A stretch of DNA of 62,863 nucleotides, filler included, from Catajapyx aquilonaris (Eukaryota): assembly GCA_000934665.2 (NCBI GenBank). It is 2 parts of 2 records of this genome, joined end to end, with 100 filler letters (N's around TTAATTAATTAA, not from the genome) between each part and the next. Parts side by side here need not be neighbours in the genome. Positions count along the whole stretch, not along the records: positions 31,418 to 62,863 come from JYFJ02004543.1; 1 more part is not named here. One strand, given 5' to 3'. The notes beneath the pieces are model-generated. The model did no database searches. It was not told the origin of the DNA and worked only from the letters and a program-made list of their open reading frames with translations. Numbering within the stretch: position 1 is the stretch's first letter; every line of letters begins with the position of its first letter. This document shows positions 52,430 to 62,863 of this stretch, piece after piece. A program made the translations under genes and the position numbers.

Positions 52430-53452
52430 AACTCATAATGGGCATTCATTTGGTCTTTGATTTGTTTTTGACCTCGGGGCAGTCAAAAAACTAAAGTCCT
52501 CCTCCTCAAAAATAGTCATGTTTTTCCCAATCAAGTGGGCCTAAATGTTTCCAGACCATCTCGGATTTTTCTGAAAATAATCACAGCTGTACACACCTAT
52601 GCCGTAACACTGCATATCATGTTTGGGCCAAATTGCGAAATACCGTGGGGAGGAAAAAAATCGCGAAATTTTGAAAATTTGGCCTTTTTTGAATAAATTT
52701 TTTTCGGTTATTGAAAGTGGTCAAAACCCAATCAACATATACATCAAATGAAAGAGAAACGCGAGTAGAATGCGCCTATTTAATTTATTTTTCCGTAAAA
52801 TGCACTCAGGGAAACGTGTGGCATTCCATCGGTCACATGCTCAGTAACGTGCCCAAATGTTTAGACTCCAACAATTAGTGATGTATTTTCGTAAGAGCGG
52901 CCATATTTGGTGACAGGAGTTGTGACCCATACAAGATTCAATATGTTCAGTTTCAATCCTGGGTCATGCATGACTCGCGAGAAAGGAATAGATATGTTTG
53001 CAGAATTACCATTAATTTTAATGGAGCCAAATTCTTGGACATGTGACTGATGAAATGCCAAATATGTTTTTCTGAGTGCATTTTCTAGAAAAACAAATTC
53101 CATAGGCGCATTCTACTCGTGTTTCTCTCTCATTTGATGTATACGTAATATGTTGTTTGGGTTTTGACCACTTCCAATAACCGAAAAAAAAAATCTCCCA
53201 AAGAGGCCCCATTTTCAAAATGTCGCGATTTTATCCCTCCCCACGGTATTTCGCAATATGGCTGAAAATTGATAGCCATTGTTATGGCATAGGTCTGTAC
53301 AGCTGTGATTTTTTCCAGCAAAATCCGAGATGGTCTAGTAACATTTAGGCCCGCTTGATAAGGAAAAACGGCTGTATTCATGGACTTTGGTTTTTTGACT
53401 GCCCTGAGGTCAAAAACAAATCAAAGACAAATTGAATGGTCATTATGAGTTA
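52430..53452. repeat. ~1-kb palindromic (foldback) element
   Basis: Arms of ~420 bp from TAACTCATAATG...TTTGATTTGTTTTTGACCTC to GAGGTCAAAAACAAATCAAAGAC...CATTATGAGTTA. Confidence 0.75.
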
Positions 53453-54260
53453 TGAGTTAGAGCTTTGTTACTAGGATAATGGGTTTTGACCCTAATAGGA
53501 TGGGTGTATTCAATAGTAATTAAAAAACCTGGGTGTTTTTCCATATTGTGGTTTCAAGAGCTCTTGGTGGTTTCTAGATGGATTGTTCACATTCCTACCA
53601 CTATCCCTAGGGGCAAAAATTCATAACCATAAAAGTTACATCAATTTAGTTCTAATTATATGGATGATGTCATGAAATTTTTGTAAATGAAATCCCACAA
53701 AAATAATGGTTGACTTTCAGCATAGCTGGCTTCCTATAAACTTTAGCAACATTCCCTGCCAAAAACCTGACTATTTTTAGTATTAAAATTATGTGTATAT
53801 CAGTAATTTTCTACATTACAGATAATTATTTTTTCCCGAGTACCGTACAACAGTGTACATATCTTTTTTACAAACTATCATTTACTTCATTGCCAAAACC
53901 GATTTTACACCATTCCCCCTTCCCCTTCCCCATCCCTCGCCAGTCATTGAAGGAGACCTGGGATCGCCTGGGATTGTTTCAAACAATCATTCCTGAGTAG
54001 TACAGGCTTGGTACAGGTTATGATTCTTGTGTAGAAAACGTGTTGGTACAAGCTGTTGGCCCAAAGAGCAATGTTCCATCTGGAAGCATGTTGCAATAAG
54101 GTACGGTAGTGTTCCAATGGCTGAGAAATTCTGAAACCAGGAAGCAGCTCACATAGTCAGAGAAAGTAAGCTCTCTGGCAATTGCAAACCATTGGAGAGA
54201 AACCCTTTGACCTCCCTTTGTACCTGCCATCTTACGACATTTCCATTTTAACTCGAATAT

Positions 54261-56024
54261 GGGCATTTTTGCGGTAACGAACCAAGGTTCGGACGATTTT
54301 TTTCAACTTTCATTGTGATTTTCCATGCTTGTGGTAAACCTTTGGGGATACTTTTTTTTTCTATTGAGTTCCAGGTACAGAGGGCTGAATTTTGCCACAA
54401 ATTCGACACAAAATATATCATTCGATAGCGCCAGAGGAGCGAGAACAAACACGGTAACGAACCAAAGTTTCGAGGACACGCATTTCTGCACCGGGTTACA
54501 TTGTGTAATAACTCTGCGAATTCTAATAAGTGGTTTTGATGGCAGTATAGAGATGCTCTAGAGAAGAAAAGTGCGAGGAATCCATTGGTCACCTTGCCGT
54601 ACCGGTATCTGCTTTTCTTTGCATCGTAGCGCAACAAAACTCTCGGTAACAAACCAAGAAAAAAAGTAACGAACCAAGGCGTGCGATTTTCCACCGTTCA
54701 GAACCTTTTCACGGGTAGTATTTGTGAGCTGTTTTACCACTTCAGGGCGTACATAATTAAAACGAGACACATCATGACACTGACCAGGCATCAGAGGATT
54801 CTCGTGTTTTGGTCGATTGAGATGGCTGGGTCGTATGACCTGGTCATCGCTGACTATACCTTATCATGGGACTGTGCCGTGATGATTGTGTATGTTGGAT
54901 GTAACCCAGTATATGAAAAGGGTGCTGCCTGCCTACACACCAGCCTTTGGGGACCAGGCTGACACAGACACATCAATGAAGTTATGAACTGACTAAAAAG
55001 TTACAAATCAAAGTGGCGCGATGTGTTATCCGGATATGCCCTGATGCTGGAGAGATGCAGCTCTTCAATGGTTCTTATTTATGATGCTGAAAACAAATTT
55101 TCACGAATCCTTCATGTTATAAACAGTTGCCTCTATTTACAATGCCACTGCAAGATGGGTGGTCCGGAAGTTAATTGTCTCTAGTGGTCAAGGTGGCAGG
55201 TGGCAGGTGGTGGCAGCTAGTCTTTGGTTCTTCTCAACATTGAATTTGAAATCAGAGCCCTCTAAAGCCGCCGTAAACTAATTTTGACGCTAATACTGTA
55301 TATGTCCAATTCTCTGCACATGCTGTCTGCCATATTGGATCAACCATTTTGATTTTTGAATTTCTGACATCGGATCTGAAATCAGCGCCATTGAAAACCA
55401 TCACATAAAAATTTCTGCATTATTGGGCGTGGATTGCTTATTATCTGAGCCGAGATCGGAGGGAGCACGCTCGGCGGCAGGAAAATGGCTTGGTTCGTTA
55501 CCGTCCAAATAAATAGTGTACATGGAGGTATGGAATTGGGCTGAATCTTGGGACACTGATGTATTACGCGACTCCCACAGAGGTTTCCAAGTTTGACGCT
55601 CCAAACCATTGGCATAAGGTGTGTACAGGAATTTTTTGTAATTTTTGGTAACGAACCAAAGCTTTCGGGTGACTCTGGTTAGTTACTGAAACTGAAGCAC
55701 ACAGAGATCACCCTCCGACAATTTAAGCACACCAATCGAAAGAGGACATCAAGCTGCATCCAACAGACACACTTGAGAAGTGATCGAATGAATGGCAATG
55801 CTTACAGAGGCGCCAAAAGCCGCGCCTGTCCCCAGACACCAAAAGGCCTTTGGCGCGCACAGTTGAACGTATGAGCAGCTGGTGCCAAAGAACAGCAACA
55901 CTGGCCAATTTTAAGGTTGGCATTGTTTAGTAGAGATGTTGAGCATCCGATTGATGTGATCAAATGCGGTATTCAACGAAAAAAATAATCGTCGCGTCAT
56001 GTCCGCTCTATCGCAAAAATGCCG
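54261..56024. mobile_element. Decayed DNA transposon with short TIRs and ATAT flanks
   Basis: Ends GGGCATTTTTGCGGTA / TATCGCAAAAATGCCG, with ATAT on both sides. The 12-mer GTAACGAACCAA recurs several times inside. Confidence 0.5.
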
Positions 56025-57381
56025 ATATCATTTCTACCCGTTTCTGTCTCTGACAAAATTCAAAAATGACAGTCCTTTATTAATACAGTGCATGTAATGA
56101 AGGTGGCGTCAATGTTCGGCACCAATCCACCAGCGCATCCTCTTGGTCCAAATTGAAACTACATGCAGAGTTCCGCGTTCCGTTACTCTCTTGTCCTAAT
56201 GATGTGACGTCACGCCTGCGGGGGCGTGGTCATCGTATTTATTATTATTTTTTGTGTGTGCTGGCTGGCTGGCTGGCTGCGTGCAGCAGCAGCAGCGCTA
56301 GTAATGGGGAAATAGTTGATCAGCACTGGGTTGGTGCGACGGCTGGGGCAGAGCAGGGGTCGGGGAGCCTTTGGTGGACTGGCGGGCTGTCTGGCTGGCT
56401 CCGACAGTGGTGGGTTGGTCGGGGGTGCTAGCAGAAGGCTGGGCAGGAGAGTGTGGTGCTGTGGTATCTACAACTCACTGGATGGACTGGGGATCGCCCT
56501 GAGGTGTTGCTACCAAATGGAATCTAGTCAGCGGGGATCGATCAAGGTGAGGCCATAGGGTATACTCATAGGAAAAAGAGGGAGAGTAGGTGTATCTGTG
56601 GTAGGACTTAATGGATCACCAAGGGTGGGCAAGGGTGGGTGTCGTTCATGGGGCATTCAAAAGAGCATGCACACACTAACAGGGAAGGTTCGGGGTGACT
56701 GAACACAGCAGGATGCTATTCAAAAGAACCGGTGTCAAGCGTACTATTGATAGGTCCAATGCTTGCAATCCAACGGTAATACTGCAAAGGAGCGTGCTAG
56801 CGAAGGTGAGGCTGTAAAAGTAAATGGGTCTGAACACAAAGTCAGGTTTTGCAAAGGATGTCATGTTGCTCATGTTTTAAAGGACAGTACTGGCATGCCA
56901 ATTATAGACTCTCCCAAGTCGATTTATGGCATAGTCTGTATTTATGGTGGTTCCCTGTGAAGGCCGTAAGATTCAATTTACAATCATCCTCGGTAAGAGG
57001 TTAAAGAAGAATCTGGCTGTTAGCTATACTAGTTTAGTCATTAGCCAATTTTTCCAATACAGTGTGAAGGAACTTCTGTTTTCAGAAATTGTTACACTTC
57101 GGACAGTAAGAGAGCATGTTAGCGCAGCCAAATTGTCTGAATTTTAGAACAGTGCAAACATTTTAGAGGAGGCATATATAAAGCAAAGTATTTTGGGAAT
57201 TGGGGGGGAGGGGGGTGGTGGTGTTTCTTCTCATGGTTCAAGACCATACATGGCACCATAAGTGTAACAGGATCAGAGATTTATCAGATCAGTAATGGTA
57301 CAATGTCACCCTCTGCTAGTGTAATAATATTGCCCTTGGCTGCTGCGTCCAGCGTCACTGGATTGGAAATTATAGCATATA

Positions 57382-58135
57382 CAGGGTGTTCCACTTAGAG
57401 GTATAATAAAAGAAAAATTCATAACTTACAAAGTACTAGTTGAAATGACGGAAGCTGTGTGCCAGTTTAAAGAGCAGATCTGAATTTTTTTACGTGTCTA
57501 ATACACTTCTACATGAACAACACTGGTAGCGCAGCAAAGGTCAAACCGGATGTCTGCCTCAACCCATGTGTTGAGAAGCATTTTGGGGTGTTACCTTTTT
57601 AATTGCAATGCAATCTGTCGCACATGTCTGCCAAATTGTGCACCTGTGTAGCCTACACCTGTCTAACCAACCCCAACAGGAAGAGGTAGGTAGAGTTAGG
57701 TTTGGTCATTTGGGGGGCCATGCAATGAACATTGATTGTCTGATTCGTCTCCCAATTCATCCTGCAATGGTCATCTAAGAATGTGTCAACATCATTGGCA
57801 AAGTGATGGTGGGCCCCATCTTATTGAAAATTGTTCCTTGAGGTTAGCTGAAGCATATCAAATTTCTGTAACATGCCCAGGCATGTAAGTCTAGTTACCA
57901 TGGTCTCCAAGAAAAACAAGGACCTGTGATTTTGCACTTCACGACCTCACACCAATCATTGCATTAGGAGAATCCTGTTTGTATTAATGAAGTGCATTAG
58001 TATATTTAGTGTGTTAGATATGTTTAAAAAAAAATCAAATCTGCTCTTAAACTGGCACACACCTTCTGTCATTACAACTAGTACTTTGTAAGTTATGAAT
58101 TTTTCTTTTATTATACCTCTAAGCAGAACACCCTG
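57382..58135 (-). mobile_element. Tc1/mariner-superfamily deletion derivative
   Basis: ~130-bp TIRs starting CAGGGTGTTC and TA flanks. The minus-strand remnant AWPPK*PNLTLPTSSCWGW resembles the WPPRSPDLTPLDFFLWG transposase motif. Confidence 0.75.
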
Positions 58136-58627
58136 TACTTGGTGTGATGCATAATGGTAGTCCAATGCCTTTGTATAAAATGTGTCCCAATTATATCTAG
58201 GCACCTTACATCTAGCTGGGGTTAGTCCAAGTATCAATCTTGATGTGAATGGTTTTTAAAGCTAGGTGGGATTGGGTACTTCCTTGACCTATGGTAATTG
58301 GAATAGCAGTCCAGGTTTGCTGCTGTAACAGATGGGATCTCAGCTGACATACCTTTTTGTGGAATATTGGTTTTAGCCAAAAATGATGTTATGATTTTAT
58401 GTGGCAGAGAGAGGGCACACAACCTAATTCAATGAAATACAATGAAGGTACAGAGAGTGTAAAATATTTCTTTAGAAAAGGAGCATACCAGGTGACGGAA
58501 CATTGAGAGATGAGAGTTAGTGGGTTGGGTTGTAAAGGGATCAGGTGTTCTGGCACCCGGAGAAGCCATTCACTACTGAGGCTATTCGCCTCTTAGTGAT
58601 GGCAGACCTTTTTTTGTGTGATGTCTC

Positions 58628-58805
58628 AGTCAGGGAAAAGAATAAGGGAGGGATGCAGTTGTGGCCACTCTCAAAGGAGAGCATCCTGGAATTGACCTGG
58701 TGAAGCACATGGAAAGCCTCGAGTCAGAATGGTCAGCACTGGGATCTGAACCCACAACCTCCCAAATGACAGCTGAACGTCTAACCACTGGAATAGGCCA
58801 CCTCA
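58628..58805 (-). mobile_element. Degenerate copy of the tRNA-derived SINE seen at 25850
   Basis: Minus strand reads CAGTGGTTAGAC...GGGAGGTTGTGGGTTCAGATCCCAGTGC...CCAGG...GGCCACAACTGCATCCCTCCC, collinear with the 25850 copy. Confidence 0.55.
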
Positions 58806-59399
58806 GGATCAATGATGAATTCTATAGCATTTGCAAAATTGTTTACATGGGCAGCAATTTTGCACATCATTCAGATCTATATTTTTAGACATGATGCCTT
58901 CAATTGTGAAAGTGATTTAGTGGTGTACTAATTTTTTTATGTATATGGAAATTGTGGATTACATGCAATGTGGAAGGGTAATGCCAGGGGTTTGACTCAC
59001 ATATTGGCGAAAATAAATGGGAAACTTTACCCAATGCTGCTGTTCAAAACTGTATCATTTCCAAATCAAGGCTTCTTTTGTTTTTGAAGTTTGTGATTGC
59101 TGTCAACACTATCTATTGAGGGATGAAAACATTGCAGATTAAAAGAATAGCATGAATATACACCATATGAACCCATCCAGCAGTGCAGAAAGCATCTGCG
59201 GTTAGTAGGGTTTGAATTGCTGGGGGTAGGTTGGGGGTTTGAAACAACCCCGCACCACCCCAGTTTAAAAGCCATTACATCACATAATAAGCCTGCGTAT
59301 GCTTAGGAGAGAATAACTGGGACCCTGGAATTTGTGGTACAGCTCCCCCACCCCCTTCTTTAACTTGCAAAAGCGCGCTTCATTGAGACAAATCTGGAC

Positions 59400-62050
59400 C
59401 CTACGTCATATATCCAGAATAAGCAGATACTTGAATAGGAGCATTAGCACAGCACGTATCCCGAATGGCTTTGTCTAATCCATGTAAACATAATTCCAAT
59501 AAACCAGTAGTTCTTACACTAAACCGCTGTCCATGGCCCAGTGACGCAGGGCCTTAATGGCAGGGTCGTCGTATCTCTGACACTGTCCATGGCCCAGGTG
59601 GCCTGTAGATTGATCCAGAAATCACTTTCTTTCGATAATGTTACTAGGTAATGTAGTGAGGATTTATTTGCCATATGGATTCAAGAGTTTATAGCATGGT
59701 GGATAGGGCAGCATAATTTTTGGGAGAGGCAAAATATTGTAAAGTGTAGCAGTTAAATAAAATGTTGATTCGATGTAGATTATCAAGCAAATTGAGGCTT
59801 TTGGCACACTTTTCCCCCATGCTATCCCATACCTCTCTTTGCCAACTGCTGCTATATTATTTTGCATTATTGGTTACCATGTGTCGAATCTATGGTCTTT
59901 TATTCAAGCAAACTTTGCTATTTGTATGTAATGATGTAATTGATAGTGGGACATATCTTGATAAATGGGGGAGTCCTGACATAATCCACTTGAACATACA
60001 GAACCACATCAAAGGTTTTTCCATAGGAGAAAATCCTTCCTTCTGCACCAGGGATCAAACTTGGGATGTTAGAGGTGATATGGCTGCGGCGTAAACAACT
60101 ACTCACTGTACCACCTTGAGCAAAAAAATGTTCAGATCCCTAGATTTCAAAAAAGTACACTAGAGCTACAGATTCTGCTGATTCACAGACTTGTGCAGAC
60201 ATATTTGTCATATTTTAAATTAATAACTGATTAGTGATGTTAATTTCTGAATTCAAAGAAACAATTGCATTGGCCTTCCAATTGAATGTCTTGTCAACAA
60301 ATGGTATTGAGTAGCGATCAAAAATATTTGCTGATGTTATATATGACTACAGAAATAAAAAGTAACATGACTGACTGCATGTAAAAGTTATCACAATCAG
60401 ATTTAAGATCACTGAATGCTATTCACATGCAGCTTTATCAGTTTATTTTAATAACTTGATTGCTGTCAACAAGAGCAGGTTGATAATGACCATTAGTGGT
60501 TGAAAATATGGCTTTTGACTATACCACCTATTCTAGTTTATATTTGAATGAAAAAAATAATGTATATCTTCAATACCTGCCACCTGTGTCAACTATGGAC
60601 TTGAATCAGAAACTTTTCCACGTGATTCGTAGATATCATGCCTCCTTTTTCTACAGTAGAGCAATGAAAGAATGTTGTGAATAGCTTTGTTATGTCCCCC
60701 ACCACTGCCAGCACTATGCCAGTACTCTTACCTTTGTTAAGTATTTGTGTGATGTCGAACTCAGGTTTAATGGCAAGTTTTGGAGTCACAGGCAGAGTAA
60801 GGTCAGAGAGAGTGATTAGACATGTTATAGGGAATCTGTTCCCAGATTGAAGTGGGAGTCCTCCCCCCTTATTCCTGCCAGCCAATCATGTATGTAGAGG
60901 TGCATGAATTCGATGCAAGACTTGCTGGTGGGAGGAAGGTGAGGCTCTTATGCAGGGGACATGCCGATGAAGTATAGCTCTCTAGCCACAGGAGATACTC
61001 ACTGCCTCTAATGGTTTAATGCAGCTCTTCCTAGCTGTAATTGGCAGCATCATACCCAGTGGGGCTGGAAACACCTGAATAGCACACACTTCACTGTTGG
61101 CCAATATGCCTTGACAACAATAGCATGGCTCAAATACTATCTCAGCTGGGATCTCACTATCTACATTAACTATGCCACTTAGCATCTATTCAGAGCAAAG
61201 AACCCTGTCCTCGGCCCAGTACTTGGTATGCATACCAAGACTTAAGACTAGAAATGCCCAGATATTAAAAATGCCAACCTGGTCCAACGATGTCGGCCTA
61301 CCTTTATCCTACTTACCAACAAATCTCCTTCACAATCTCCTCCTCCCTCATCCTGACCAAAAATGGATAAACCATCATTAAAGGAGACCTACAAATCTTT
61401 TCCTTAACAGTCTTACTCGGTCTCCCTGATACCACATTTCTTGAAAATTGCGGTCTTTTAAAACTTAATGTGGCTTATACTCGCTAATTGGTATTGGTAT
61501 TTATCATTGTGTAGAGTTCTTGAACCAGGCATTCTTATGATACATGGCATGAATTTTTCATGCAACAGAATATGTGCAATTTTGGTGCCAATATTGAGGT
61601 GACTACATTTTAAAAATAGATAGCAGACCATTTGATATTACTAGAAAACTTAACCCAGGTACTAGTTACAATCAAACCTAAAGTATTTCTATCTGTCCTA
61701 CCCAGTCCTACCATTTCTTTCAAGGACAACTCCTAGATGCTCCATGTATATACAAGAAGAAACCTTCTGTCTGAAACACCCCAACCATCCTGACATTAAT
61801 TTTCATACCCAGACACTGTTGTGTAATCCAGATAACATCATCTCATCTGCCTCAATATCAATCTATGTCAAAAGGGCCGGCAGCATCATCTGAGTAAGGC
61901 ATATGACTGACAACTTCCCCACTCAGTGAGCTCCTGTGCTAGTGAAGAGTAATCATTATTAATAATAATGCATCTACAACAACAATCTTGCGCCCATTCA
62001 TAAAGACAAATTTCTTATGGAAAGTTTTAATTTTCTTGGCTCTCTAGATC
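59400..62050 (-). mobile_element. Possible highly decayed non-LTR retrotransposon remnant
   Basis: Scattered minus-strand peptide hints in the expected order (FMNGRKIVV, DDVIW, KY.., WQREVWD, TGH). There is no intact ORF. Confidence 0.3.
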
Positions 62051-62087
62051 AGCCCCTGGACACTTATACTACATTCTGATCTTATCA

Positions 62088-62863
62088 CCTGCCAGGGCGT
62101 TTTTCAGAAGGTGCTCACTTGAGAGCGCCATGAGACCTTTCATTTCCCAGGTAAGTGGCGACCCTACCAGACTAGGCTGAACTTTATAAGTACAAAAGGG
62201 AAGCGCTACATTGGGGGACCCACCATGGTCGCCGGCGGCCATTTTGGGCCCGAATGTAGCGCTTCCCTTTTGTACCCCTTTTGTATAAAGTTCAGCCTAG
62301 TCTGGTAGGGTCACCACTTACCTGGGAAATGAAAGGTCTCATGGCGCTCTCAAGTGAGCACCTTCTGCAAAACGCCCCGGCAGGGGGTAGGTGGGAGTGC
62401 CCTAACCTGAGTATTATAAAACCATGCTCTAGATTAACCCTGGAACTGCGAAGTGGGGTCTTTTAGGACCCCAAAGGAATTAAAATGCATTAAAATGATA
62501 ATTACAACGAACTTTTGTAATTTAAAAAAGTATATAACAGGAAGTGCAAGTTTATTTTGAATTAGTGATCATTTAAGGCATTGTTCAAAGAATGATTGCA
62601 TTTAGTCAATACACTGAAAAGTATTATATAAAAATTAATAAAAATTAAAATATGGATGGAGTCCTAAAAGACCCCACACACGGCTGTAGAAGACTCAGGT
62701 TAGGTCACTCCCCACCCACCCCCTGCCGAAGGATTACGCACCGGGTGCCCACTTGAGATCGCTACGAGACATTTCCCAAGGCTATCATGTGGCGACCCTA
62801 CCGGACTAAGGCTGAACTTTACAGGTACGAAGGGGAGGGCTACATGCTGTCCCAACATGGCCG
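62088..62863. repeat. Array of alternating inverted repeats (runs off the window end)
   Basis: Near-perfect palindrome at 62088-62384, a second inverted pair at ~62379-62728, then a diverged third copy of the first arm from ~62722. Confidence 0.7.

Noticed and set aside
56500..57150. Possible LINE 3' fragment
   Set aside because: Only vague peptide hints, too degenerate to support.

Overview
Arthropod (pancrustacean/hexapod-type) nuclear DNA with spliced genes, divided by a 100-bp artificial spacer (44 N + TTAATTAATTAA + 44 N, 31318-31417). The left part is gene-dense with mostly short introns. It holds two paralogous BTB/C2H2 zinc-finger genes, a tandem pair of secreted peritrophin-like (CBM14) genes, two identical tRNA-Pro(AGG) genes, a 10-exon gene of unknown function (~490 aa) and a pickpocket-type DEG/ENaC channel. 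The right part holds an 11-exon TDP1 (PBZ finger plus two HKN motifs). Its introns and downstream region are packed with MITEs, long foldback palindromes (a multi-layer nest in intron 8), decayed mariner/Tc1 elements, tRNA-derived SINEs and probable Helitron and LINE remnants. The most unusual observations are: a Thr-rich mucin segment inserted inside a chitin-binding domain and bracketed by an extra Cys pair, with Tyr-Trp-Trp-His repeats in one paralog; the nested foldback cluster in TDP1; and the unassigned gene with two possible C-termini. All gene models were spliced by hand from GT-AG sites and frame continuity. No database searches were run.
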